From assembly GCA_965219455.1 (NCBI GenBank), contig OZ244744.1, positions 928,001 through 992,000 on the forward strand: a stretch of 64,000 nt of DNA, in the 5' to 3' direction. The position numbers and the translations under genes were made by a program. Each line of letters starts with the position of its first letter. The first letter of the stretch is position 1. A model generated the notes under the pieces. The model was not told the origin of the DNA. It did not search any database and was given only the letters and a program-made list of their open reading frames with translations. Origin of the DNA: Candidatus Latescibacterota bacterium. GTDB lineage: Bacteria > Latescibacterota > UBA2968 > GCA-2709665. Of the stretch, positions 11,244-20,345 are shown one piece after another.

Positions 11244-13400
11244 ATGGCGAAAGGTAGACGCAGAAAATCCGCGACGGCGAGGAAATCGGGCGACGGAAAC
11301 GACGCTTCGGATTTTAGATCTGAACTATGGGGGATGGCCGACGCGCTGCGCGGCAGCATGGACGCCGCCGAGTACAAGCACGTGGTTCTGGGCCTGATCT
11401 TCCTCAAGTACATTTCCGACGCGTTTGAGGAAGCCCACGCCAAACTGGTGGCGGAAGTTGCTCAAGGCGCGGACCCGGAAGATCCGGACGAGTACCGCGC
11501 CCAGAACATCTTTTGGGTACCCACCGAGGCGAGATGGCCGAAGTTGCAATCGCAAGCGCGCCAACCCACTATAGGACGGACGATGGACGATGCAATGATC
11601 GCCATTGAGCGGGACAACCCCGCGCTCAAGGACGTCCTCCCCAAAATCTACGCCCGCCAGGAGTTGGACAAGACGCGTTTGGGACAGGTCGTGGACCTGG
11701 TGAGCAACATCAAGGTAGGCGGCGCCGAGGCGCGCGCCACGGACGTGCTGGGCAGTGTCTACGAGTATTTTCTGGAACAGTTCGCACTTGCCGAGGGCCG
11801 CAAGGGCGGTGAGTTCTATACCCCGCGTTCCGTGGTCCGTATACTTGTAGAGATGCTGGAGCCTTATGAGGGGAGGGTTTACGACCCCTGCTGCGGCTCA
11901 TCGGGAATGTTCGTGCAGTCAATGGCGTTCATTGATGCACATACCAGCGGTATGCCCTCACCCGGCGCTTCGCGCCACCCTCTCCCAAAGGGAGAGGGTC
12001 TGACTGGCCGGGGAAGCGCAAGGGAGAAAATCTCCATATACGGCCAGGAGTCCAACTACACCACCTGGCGGATGGCGAGGATGAACCTGGCGATCCGTGG
12101 CATCGAAGGTCAGATCGCCCACGGGGACAGTTTCCACAACGACAGGCACCCCGACCTGAAGGCCGACTACATTCTTGCCAATCCTCCCTTCAACGTCTCC
12201 GACTGGGGCGGCGATCGTTTACGTGACGACAAACGATGGGAGTTCGGCGCACCTCCGGCGGGCAACGCCAACTTCGCCTGGGTGCAGCACTTCCTGCACC
12301 ACCTTTCGCCGCGCGGCACGGCGGGCTTCGTCCTGGCCAACGGCTCGATGTCGTCGAACCAGTCGAACGAAGGCGAAATTCGAAAGAATATCATTGAGGC
12401 CAACCTCGTGGACTGCATTGTCGCGTTGCCAGGACAGTTGTTCCGGTCCACGCAGATACCTGCGTGTCTGTGGTTCCTGAAAAGGGCACCCTCACCCGGC
12501 GCTTCGCGCCACCCTCTCCCAGAGGGAGAGGGTCGTTTTGTGGCGGAGGGGACCGGCAGTGGCAGCCAGAAAGAAGCACCGCGCCACTCCGCCACAGGGG
12601 GAGAGGGTCATTACAGAGGTGGGCCGGAGTTTTTCGGGCTGCTGGAACGGGCGAGAGAGATGAGAATGAAGGCGACTCCTGCGGAAGCTTTCGCATGGGA
12701 GTTGCTCCGGGACCGGCAATTCCTTGGTCTCAAATTCCGGCGCCAACATCAGATCGGCAACTATATAGCTGACTATTACTGCCACGAGAAGCGGTTGGTC
12801 GTGGAATTGGACGGACCGGTCCACGATTCGGATGAGCAACGCACGTCCGATAAGAACCGCGACGGTTATCTGGAATCTTTGGGAATGACCGTCGTCCGAA
12901 TTAAAAACCAACACTTGCTGCAGCACACCCAGGAAGCCCTGAACGAAATCGCAGACGCCCTGAACCCCTCTCCCGCCGGGAGAGGGGCAGGGGTGAGGGT
13001 TCGCGAGGGCGAGACCCTGTTCATCGACGCAAGGAAGTTAGGTTACATGATCGACCGCACGCGACGGGACCTCTCGCCAGAGGACATCGCTCGGGTTGCG
13101 GACACCTACCATGCATGGCGCGGCGGCGAGGGTCAGGGTGAGGGCTATGCCGACGTTCCCGGCTTCTGCAAAAGCGCGTCATTGGAAGAGATCCGTAAAC
13201 ACGGGCACGTCCTCACGCCCGGCCGCTACGTCGGCGCGGAACCTCAGGAGGACGATGGGGAGCCCTTCGAGGACAAGATGGCTCGCCTCACCGCCTCACG
13301 GCCCAATGGCGGGAACAACAGGCCGAGGCGCGACGGCTGGACGCGGCGATTGAGGCAAACCTGGCAAGACTGGGATTTGGAACGGGGGAATAGAACGTGA
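11244..13400 (+). CDS. hsdM: type I RM methyltransferase subunit M with two in-frame insertions and a frameshifted C-terminal tail
   Basis: [43 protein letters not shown], motif [11 protein letters not shown], motif IV ANPPFN, TLFIDAR and VLTPGRYVG. Confidence 0.95.
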   Translation: MAKGRRRKSATARKSGDGNDASDFRSELWGMADALRGSMDAAEYKHVVLGLIFLKYISDAFEEAHAKLVAEVAQGADPEDPDEYRAQNIFWVPTEARWPKLQSQARQPTIGRTMDDAMIAIERDNPALKDVLPKIYARQELDKTRLGQVVDLVSNIKVGGAEARATDVLGSVYEYFLEQFALAEGRKGGEFYTPRSVVRILVEMLEPYEGRVYDPCCGSSGMFVQSMAFIDAHTSGMPSPGASRHPLPKGEGLTGRGSAREKISIYGQESNYTTWRMARMNLAIRGIEGQIAHGDSFHNDRHPDLKADYILANPPFNVSDWGGDRLRDDKRWEFGAPPAGNANFAWVQHFLHHLSPRGTAGFVLANGSMSSNQSNEGEIRKNIIEANLVDCIVALPGQLFRSTQIPACLWFLKRAPSPGASRHPLPEGEGRFVAEGTGSGSQKEAPRHSATGGEGHYRGGPEFFGLLERAREMRMKATPAEAFAWELLRDRQFLGLKFRRQHQIGNYIADYYCHEKRLVVELDGPVHDSDEQRTSDKNRDGYLESLGMTVVRIKNQHLLQHTQEALNEIADALNPSPAGRGAGVRVREGETLFIDARKLGYMIDRTRRDLSPEDIARVADTYHAWRGGEGQGEGYADVPGFCKSASLEEIRKHGHVLTPGRYVGAEPQEDDGEPFEDKMARLTASRPNGGNNRPRRDGWTRRLRQTWQDWDLERGNRT
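11955..11998 (+). repeat. REP family 1 copy inserted in-frame in hsdM
   Basis: 44-bp repeat translated as [15 protein letters not shown] between FIDAH and ISIYGQESN. Confidence 0.9.
12489..12999 (+). mobile_element. DUF559/Vsr-like endonuclease cassette bounded by inverted REP-1 ends, in frame within hsdM
   Basis: Left end CCCTCACCC...CCCTCTCCCagaGGGAGAGGG (12489-12532); right end CCCCTCTCCCgccGGGAGAGGGGcagGGGTGAGGG (12965-12999, inverted). Internal peptide ARE.R...TPAE...[24 protein letters not shown]....LVVELDG..H is typical of DUF559. Confidence 0.85.
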
Positions 13401-13819
13401 CGATCAACACGGATTTTCTTACGCGCTGTATCAATACCCTGGAGTCGGCCTTCGAGCAACTGCAGCAGCACGATCCGTCCGACACGTTCTACGACATCTT
13501 CCGGGCGGCTTCCGTCAAAGAGTTCGAAATTGTGCTGGAACAGTCCGCCAGCCTGTTGAAAAAGCGACTAAGGCCCTACTTCGCCAGCAACCGACAGGCG
13601 GACAGGCTAACGTTCAAAAACGCCTTCCGACACGCCGCCAAACATGACCTCATTTCGGTGGAAGCCTGCGAGCACTGGTTCGACTACCGGGATAACAGAA
13701 ACGACACGGCACATGACTATGGTGAGAAGTTTGCCGAAACAACGCTCAAATTGCTTCCCGAATTTATCGTCCATGCCAGAAATCTGGCAAGAATCATTGC
13801 AGAGGGCGCCGATGACTGA
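13397..13819 (+). CDS. HEPN-domain protein, HI0074/HepT-like toxin
   Basis: [14 protein letters not shown] and RNDTAHDY (RX4H-x-Y) motifs; MNT gene start immediately downstream. Confidence 0.88.
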   Translation: MTINTDFLTRCINTLESAFEQLQQHDPSDTFYDIFRAASVKEFEIVLEQSASLLKKRLRPYFASNRQADRLTFKNAFRHAAKHDLISVEACEHWFDYRDNRNDTAHDYGEKFAETTLKLLPEFIVHARNLARIIAEGADD

Positions 13820-13877
13820 CAGATTGCATCTGCCGTAGCGATACAGACGCATCCTGGAGGGCGGAGGAAATCAATCC

Positions 13878-14027
13878 ATGAGATTCACTGTCGTGATCGA
13901 AAGGACCCACAACAACTACGCGGCCTACGTGCCCGACCTGCTCGGCTGCATCGCCACCGCCAAGACCCGGGAAGCACACCCTCACCCGGCGCTTCGCGCC
14001 ACCCTCTCCCAGGGGGAGAGGGTCTGA
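13878..14027 (+). pseudogene. HicB-like antitoxin fragment interrupted by a REP-1 element
   Basis: MRFTVVIERTHNNYAAYVPDLLGCIATAKTREA followed by REP-derived sequence and a stop; paralogous to 14347-14622. Confidence 0.8.
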
Positions 14028-14230
14028 CTGCAGGACAGACGAACCCAAGCGATGTGCAGCACCAAACTGCGGGCCACACTCTCCCAGAGGGAGAGTCTCG
14101 CTGCGGGACAGACGAACCCAAGCGATACGCAGCACCAAACTGCAGGCCACACTCTCCCAGAGGGAGAGTCTGGCTGCGGGACAGACGAACCCAAGCGATA
14201 TGCAGCAAGAAGCTTCGCGCCGGGTGAGGG
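13979..14230. repeat. REP-1-ended non-coding element containing ~2.5 tandem copies of a 73-bp unit
   Basis: Left end 13979-14022; units start at 14028, 14101 and 14174 (ctgc.ggacagacgaacccaagcgat..gcagca...); inverted right end GCTTCGCGCCGGGTGAGGG at 14212-14230. Confidence 0.9.
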
Positions 14231-14346
14231 TGTGCGGTCGGACGACAGGGAGTTGACAAAAATCACAGCGAAGGGCGCCGATGACTGACAGATTGCATCT
14301 GCCGCAGCGATATAGGCGCAACCTTCAGGGCTGAGGAAATCAACCC

Positions 14347-14622
14347 ATGAAATACACCGTCGTGATCGAGCGGACCCCGAACAACCACGCGGCCTATGTG
14401 CCCGACCTGCCCGGCTGCGTCGCCACTGCGAACACCGGCGAAGCGCTGCTGGAAGAGATTCGGGAGGCCATCGAGTTCCATATCGAAGGAATGAGGGAAG
14501 ATGGCGAGCCCGTGCCGGAGCCCAGAGCTACCACCCTCACCCGGCGCTTCGCGCCGGGTGAGGGTGTGCGGACGGACGCCAAGGAGTTGACAATTATCAT
14601 GGCAGAGGGCGCCGATGACTGA
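14347..14622 (+). CDS. HicB-like antitoxin (UPF0150) with a repeat-derived C-terminus
   Basis: MKYTVVIERTPNNHAAYVPDLPGCVATA.T.EA....IREAIEFHIEGMREDGEPVPEP; GAGGA RBS; no hicA partner seen. Confidence 0.85.
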   Translation: MKYTVVIERTPNNHAAYVPDLPGCVATANTGEALLEEIREAIEFHIEGMREDGEPVPEPRATTLTRRFAPGEGVRTDAKELTIIMAEGADD

Positions 14623-16300
14623 CAGATTGCATCTGCCGCAACGATACAGGCGCATCCTTGAGGCGCTTCTGCGTGAACATGTGCCCGACGCCGAGGTGTG
14701 GGCCTACGGCAGCCGCATCACCGGGGAAAGTCACGAAGGAAGCGACCTGGATCTGGTGGCGAGAGGTCCCGAGCTGAAGCCATTGGGCGACGGCTTCTTC
14801 GAACTCCTGGAGGCCATTGAGAGTTCGAACATCCCGATCCTCGTACAGGCGCACGATTGGGCGAGGCTGCCGGAGAGTTTTCACGCGGAAATTGAGCGAG
14901 ACTATGTGGTTGTGCAAGCAGGAGCGAAGATGACGGACATGGGCGTGTTCGAGGATTGGCGCGAGGTGCGGCTAGGTGAATGCTCCGTCATTAACGATTC
15001 AACATACTCGCCAAAGGAAGCATGGCCGGTTATCAATTACTTGGACACCGGCAATATTTCGGAGAATCGCGTTTCTGACATTCAGAAGCTTACGGTTGGT
15101 AGAGACAAAATACCCAGCCGCGCACGGCGGAAGGTGCAGCCCGGGGACGTTGTTTATTCTACGGTACGACCAAATCAGCGGCACTATGGGCTGTTAAAAA
15201 CTGTCCCCGAGAACTTCCTCGCTTCGACCGGGTTTGCAGTTTTGAGAGGGAAGGAAGGCATTGCTGATACCGGCTTCCTTTATTGTTTCCTGACACAAAA
15301 ACAGATCGTGGATTATCTTCATTCGATAGCGGAAAACAGCACGTCGGCCTATCCGTCCATTAGACCGGGCGATTTAGAACAACTGACCCTGAGGCTACCG
15401 GCCCTGTCAGAACAACGCTCCATCGCCCATGTGCTGGGCAGGCTCGACGACAAGATTGAGTTGAACCGGCGGATGAACGAGACGCTGGAGGAGATGGCGC
15501 GGGCGCTGTTCAAGTCGTGGTTTGTGGATTTCGACCCCGTCCGCGCCAAGGCAGCGCTCAGGACTCTGCCCGCGGACGGAAGTGATTGGACCATTGAACG
15601 AGCGCGGGCGTATCTGGACAGCATGGACAAAGACATCGTCGACCTCTTCCCCGACCGGCTCGTCGACTGGGAACTTGGCAAGATACCGGAGGGGTGGGAG
15701 GTGAAGGCCTTTTCGGATTGCGTCGAAGTTGCGAGAGGCTTGTCTTACAAGGGGTCTGGGTTATCTACTGATGGTATACCGATGCACAACCTAAACTCAG
15801 TTAATGAGGGTGGCGGCTATAAGTACGAAGGAATAAAGTACTACAGAGGCGACTACCAGCAACGTCACGTAGCCCTGCCAGGAGACGTGTTAGTCGCCAA
15901 CACCGAGCAAGGTCACGACAGATTGTTAATCGGTTTCGCAGCAATTATACCCGTAGGATTTGGCGAGCGAAGCCTGTTTAGTCACCACTTATACCGAGTA
16001 CGTCCCAAACGTGGTTCCAGGATTTCGCCCGAATTCTTTTGCCAGCTTGTCAATACACAAGAAATGCAGAACATTGTCAGTGGATACGCTACCGGCACGA
16101 CAGTAAACATGCTGCCACTCGACGCGCTAAGAATTCCCAATACCGTCATACCCCCGACGAGTCTTGTGAATGCGTTTAGTGCATTCGCGCAAATTGCTCG
16201 TTCCAGACAGAAAAAATGTATCGATGAATCCCGCGCGCTTGCCGCCCAGCGGGATGAACTGCTGCCGAAGCTTGTAACCGGTACGGTGCGGATTGGTTGA
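14615..16300 (+). CDS. hsdS: MNT (minimal nucleotidyltransferase)-HsdS fusion
   Basis: N-terminal VWAYGSRITGESHEGSDLDL (GSX10DXD), then two TRDs joined by the conserved PALSEQRSIAHVLGRLDDKIELNRRMNETLEEMARALFKSWFVDF spacer; ends LAAQRDELLPKLVTG. Confidence 0.92.
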   Translation: MTDRLHLPQRYRRILEALLREHVPDAEVWAYGSRITGESHEGSDLDLVARGPELKPLGDGFFELLEAIESSNIPILVQAHDWARLPESFHAEIERDYVVVQAGAKMTDMGVFEDWREVRLGECSVINDSTYSPKEAWPVINYLDTGNISENRVSDIQKLTVGRDKIPSRARRKVQPGDVVYSTVRPNQRHYGLLKTVPENFLASTGFAVLRGKEGIADTGFLYCFLTQKQIVDYLHSIAENSTSAYPSIRPGDLEQLTLRLPALSEQRSIAHVLGRLDDKIELNRRMNETLEEMARALFKSWFVDFDPVRAKAALRTLPADGSDWTIERARAYLDSMDKDIVDLFPDRLVDWELGKIPEGWEVKAFSDCVEVARGLSYKGSGLSTDGIPMHNLNSVNEGGGYKYEGIKYYRGDYQQRHVALPGDVLVANTEQGHDRLLIGFAAIIPVGFGERSLFSHHLYRVRPKRGSRISPEFFCQLVNTQEMQNIVSGYATGTTVNMLPLDALRIPNTVIPPTSLVNAFSAFAQIARSRQKKCIDESRALAAQRDELLPKLVTGTVRIG

Positions 16301-16457
16301 TCCAAGGAAACCATTGTCGACGGTTGGCCATTGCGTACCGGGCTACTTTCTGACCGAGGCGTCGTATCAGGTGGCATTTTCAAACTCTTGGTCGATCCGG
16401 GAATCCATTTAGACAGGCCGATCCATTTCTTCCCAAGCGCTCGGATAAACAGACTAT

Positions 16458-18731
16458 ATGAAACGAAGACGTAAAACGAAGCGAAAACGCAAAACGAAAT
16501 ACAGTACTCCGCCCGGCGATGGTTTCGGATTCTGGCAATACTCATTTTCTCATCTCGATCAAGACGAGATGAAGGCAGCTGTGCGTTCAAAGGCTCGTGA
16601 ATGCGAGGAAAAGTTTCCAGATCTTGTCGATTCACTGGTTGGCCATTTTCGGGACCGTTGGCCCCCACAGATCATTGCGACTCTCGCAAACTATGGATTA
16701 CAGCGCCCGGTCACAGACGTGGGCGTATCGGAACAAAGCTTAATCGGTATACAACAACATCATATCGAGCTATTGCAGGCGTTAATGCTTACACTGTCTC
16801 CGAGAAATTGGGGCCGAAATCCCGTAACACCGGATGTCATTCAAGCCGTTATCGACGAAATAGTTGAATTGGCAGATGCATACCAGATTATGCGTTTGTC
16901 CAGATTGGAAAAGGAACGTGATCAACAACAACAGGCGGTTCTGTCCCTTCAAGGACGTTTAAGGGCAAATACACAATGTGTTCGAAATTGGGGCTATCGG
17001 ACTGCTATGGTCGACGTCTCGACCGAGCTCTACGGTCCACTGGACTCGGGATTGCACAGCTACTACGGATTTAGCGCAACGGATTTGATTGAAGTAATTA
17101 ACGCAATCATGACCATTATTGAGGAACGCGCAAACAATAGGTGGACAACCATGAAAGGGGTATTCCGATCCCGCAATGTTCGTCAACTCGTCCACAGATA
17201 CTTCGCCCAATTTCCCGATGTCGATGGCGATCCGGAAGAGTTCCTTGGCAATTTGCCGAAGGATGTTAGCCTTAACGGTGTCAAATCTTTCTTGATGGCA
17301 CATGCCGATACAAAGCTATTTCAGTTGTTCCTCTTCGATTGTGACTCTATTGCGGAAGTTTCAGGCCGATCGATTGAAGTTGTCAGGCGGGTTCTTGATA
17401 TAATATCTATGCGCCCCGGCGATCTGGGTGAGGAAAGTGTCAATGATTTTTTCCTTGACAATCCAATTTGGACGAAGCCTGGAATAATCTTCAATACGAA
17501 ATGCATGTTCCCAATGCCTCAGGCAATACTCAGCCACATTCATGCCATTATGCGCAGGTTGGCCAAGCAGGCCAATCTGAACGACAAGCTTCACCAGCAG
17601 CGTGCTACTTTTCTTGAGAACAAAATAGGCGCGACCATTCAGCGCATTTTTCCCACCGAGAATTTCTCCCTTAATGCCAAATGGAATTATGAAGGAACCA
17701 GATACGAGACGGACTTAGTTGGCCAAGTTGATCGAGTCGTCTTGATCGTCGAAGCGAAATCGGGAGCACTAACCGTCCAAGGTCTTCGAGGTGCGCCGGG
17801 CCGTGTTAAGCGTCATGTCCACGACCTTGTTGTGGGGCCAGCAGAGCAGTCTGCGCGGCTGGAGCAGTTGATCTCGCAAGCGAAATCAGGAAAGACCGCC
17901 GCAATTGAAACTATCTCCTCGTTGGGCTTGGAACCAGACAAAGTAGACACGGTCATAAGAATCTCGGTGACGCTTGACGATTTCTCTATGATGGCGATCG
18001 CTGAACGGGAACTGAAAGCAGCGGGATGGGTTCCGCCTGAACTGCGGTTGGCCCCGACCCTGAACATTACGGATCTAGTTTGCGTCGCCGAGATTCTCAG
18101 CGAGCCAGTTTACTTTCTGCACTATTTCGCCGAACGTGGCCGCATCCAGAATGTTATCGAACTAATCAGCGATGAAATGGACTTGCTCGGCTTTTACTTG
18201 GAGACTGGATTCAATGTCGACGAGCGAAAACTTGAAGGGAGCCCGCTTGTTACAACTGGATTGTCGCAACGTGTGGATCATTTTTACAACAGTGCTGATG
18301 CAGGCGTGGAGGTAAAAAAACCACGGCCGAAGATTCATCGCACATTGGAGAGAATCGTCCTCCAGATCCAGAGCAGGCATAGAGAGGGTTGGACTACCAA
18401 GGCACTCGATCTGTTGCGTATCGGCAATCTTGAGGAGCAAAGAGCGGTTTATCGGAAGATTGAGAAACTACGTAAACGAGTACCCAGGACGTTTCGTGAC
18501 CCTAAACACATCTGTTCGCTAGTCGTACTTCCTCCTGCTCACCGCGATGGGTTCGTATTATTCTACGTATATCCGGACGCGATCGCCGAAAGACGTTACG
18601 AGGTTGTCGAGCAATTGGCTGAAGCACAATTCGCTGTTCAGGATCATTCTCGATGCGTCGTGGTGGGCAAAAAGATCGAAGATTGGGATAATCCTTACAC
18701 GTTTGTAGCTGTTTGCAAGAGGCCTGTTTAA
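16458..18731 (+). CDS. 757-aa hypothetical protein with a PD-(D/E)xK/NERD-like nuclease motif; defence candidate
   Basis: Long ORF with visibly AT-richer codons; motif FLE...YETDLVGQVDRVVLIVEAKS; located between hsdS and hsdR. Confidence 0.7.
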   Translation: MKRRRKTKRKRKTKYSTPPGDGFGFWQYSFSHLDQDEMKAAVRSKARECEEKFPDLVDSLVGHFRDRWPPQIIATLANYGLQRPVTDVGVSEQSLIGIQQHHIELLQALMLTLSPRNWGRNPVTPDVIQAVIDEIVELADAYQIMRLSRLEKERDQQQQAVLSLQGRLRANTQCVRNWGYRTAMVDVSTELYGPLDSGLHSYYGFSATDLIEVINAIMTIIEERANNRWTTMKGVFRSRNVRQLVHRYFAQFPDVDGDPEEFLGNLPKDVSLNGVKSFLMAHADTKLFQLFLFDCDSIAEVSGRSIEVVRRVLDIISMRPGDLGEESVNDFFLDNPIWTKPGIIFNTKCMFPMPQAILSHIHAIMRRLAKQANLNDKLHQQRATFLENKIGATIQRIFPTENFSLNAKWNYEGTRYETDLVGQVDRVVLIVEAKSGALTVQGLRGAPGRVKRHVHDLVVGPAEQSARLEQLISQAKSGKTAAIETISSLGLEPDKVDTVIRISVTLDDFSMMAIAERELKAAGWVPPELRLAPTLNITDLVCVAEILSEPVYFLHYFAERGRIQNVIELISDEMDLLGFYLETGFNVDERKLEGSPLVTTGLSQRVDHFYNSADAGVEVKKPRPKIHRTLERIVLQIQSRHREGWTTKALDLLRIGNLEEQRAVYRKIEKLRKRVPRTFRDPKHICSLVVLPPAHRDGFVLFYVYPDAIAERRYEVVEQLAEAQFAVQDHSRCVVVGKKIEDWDNPYTFVAVCKRPV

Positions 18732-18841
18732 TGCAGAAAGAGCGGCGGCTTCGGGTTGGAGAAATGTAGAGGGCGACGGAGCGCCCAACGACGAAGGGTC
18801 CATCCGTAGAGATGTCCAAGCAGAATGGGAACATGTAAACA

Positions 18842-19831
18842 ATGAACTTCAAATCTGATCTAATAGCCATCGCCAAGGGCTACTTTTCGACGGAAGGTAT
18901 CTCTTTTGAAGATTCGGGAGATGCGAGCGACTTCGCAGCCCGCTACTTTGAGATGCGAATAAGGAGGATTGATCCAGGACCGCGCGGCGTTCACTTCTCC
19001 TGCGAACTACACCGTTCGTTGGGTGAACTCGCTCGTGAAACGGATAGCGAAAAACGCGACAAGGCAATCGAGGCATGGCGCACGGTCTTCTATCTCCGTC
19101 ATCTTTTTGTTAAAGGAGGACGAGTTACACCGCACCTGAGCAAAAAGGTCAAAAAGACAGGTCGCAGGGACGGCCTTTTGTGGGATTATGGCATGCACCA
19201 TTTTCACCTTTGTAGAAAACTCGACGAATCGGGATTTATCGAAAGATCAGATTACCTGCTTTTTGCTATTGTCGCCGATACCGATGTGTTTTTCGTGGAT
19301 GTAAGGAAGCATAAAGATCGTGAGAAGCTTCAATGGGTACGCCAAAGTCTTGTAGGAATCGTGTATGGGAACTGGCCTGCATTGACCAACTCACGTGTGC
19401 TCCACGGTGTGAGTGCGAATACATTGACGGACGAAGAAATACAAGAGCTAAGAACAAAGAACATTAATCACGTTTCGAACCTTGGTGGGCAGGCCGTTGC
19501 GCCGCTCGGTTGGGGAACGAACTCTGGGGGCGGTAGTACATACCGCAGAGTGTGGGGCGATAAACTCGTGAACGAAATTGAACTCCACGAACAATACTTC
19601 TATCGCCAGCCTAACGAGCTACAGGAAAAGCTGAAGGCCACCGGTGTCGACATTTCCGGTGATATGGAGTTTGAATTGGTTGAATTGGATAGTCTGAACC
19701 TATGCGAGGAGGTCACGGAGAATCTCCAACGAGATGACTGTCTGAGTGCAGATCTATCGAAAATGGGTTTTGCAATCGTGGAAGCCACAACGCGGACACC
19801 GATCATCGTCACTGTCAAGAATGAGCCATGA
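18842..19831 (+). CDS. 329-aa hypothetical protein, possibly with a YafO/RelE-like RNase domain
   Basis: Clean ORF; central DGLLWDYGMHHFHL...FIERSDYLLF...FFVDVRKH. The functional call is tentative. Confidence 0.6.
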   Translation: MNFKSDLIAIAKGYFSTEGISFEDSGDASDFAARYFEMRIRRIDPGPRGVHFSCELHRSLGELARETDSEKRDKAIEAWRTVFYLRHLFVKGGRVTPHLSKKVKKTGRRDGLLWDYGMHHFHLCRKLDESGFIERSDYLLFAIVADTDVFFVDVRKHKDREKLQWVRQSLVGIVYGNWPALTNSRVLHGVSANTLTDEEIQELRTKNINHVSNLGGQAVAPLGWGTNSGGGSTYRRVWGDKLVNEIELHEQYFYRQPNELQEKLKATGVDISGDMEFELVELDSLNLCEEVTENLQRDDCLSADLSKMGFAIVEATTRTPIIVTVKNEP

Positions 19832-19951
19832 CCATCGTCGGTGATGGCAATGGCAAGGAATCACTTGCTGAAACAACAAATCGATCCCGAAATTCACGGT
19901 GGTCGATCATCCCCATCTAACACAAAAACCGATTTCAGGAGGTGAAGAATT

Positions 19952-20341
19952 ATGGCAAGAAAACGGGTATTTATCAGCTTTGACTTTGATAATTATAACG
20001 ACCTTCGGGGCAATTTGATCGCCCAGGCCAAGAAGCCAGACTCTCCATTCAGCCTTACAGACTGCTCGGTGAAGGCGCCGATAGACGAGAAGTGGAAAAG
20101 GCAGGTTCGCAGCCGCATTTGTAGCGCCGACCTTATGATCGTCATCTGCGGAGAACACACGCACGATGCAGCCGGCGTAGCAGCCGAAGTCACTATAGCA
20201 CAAGAGGACGGCAAGCCATATTTCCTGCTGAAGGGACGCAGGGGAAAGACTTGTACAAAACCCAAAAACTCACTCAAAAACGACGAAATACACCAGTGGA
20301 CATGGGATAATCTGAAAAATCTGATCGCAGGTGCGAGATAG
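19952..20341 (+). CDS. TIR-domain protein (ThsB/DUF1863-like)
   Basis: RVFISFDFD, DCSVKAP..EKWK...RSRI..ADLMIVICGEHTH.A.GV..E(V) with the putative catalytic Glu; AGGAGGTG RBS. Confidence 0.9.
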   Translation: MARKRVFISFDFDNYNDLRGNLIAQAKKPDSPFSLTDCSVKAPIDEKWKRQVRSRICSADLMIVICGEHTHDAAGVAAEVTIAQEDGKPYFLLKGRRGKTCTKPKNSLKNDEIHQWTWDNLKNLIAGAR

Positions 20342-20345
20342 CCCG

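Noticed and set aside
12489-12999. Insertion in hsdM as an intein or group I/II intron
   Set aside because: No N-terminal Cys/Ser block or His-Asn/nucleophile junction, no LAGLIDADG or RT, and too little non-coding sequence for a ribozyme core.
14028-14207. 73-bp periodic repeats as a CRISPR array
   Set aside because: Whole units are near-identical with no unique spacers, there are only ~2.5 copies, and no cas genes are present.
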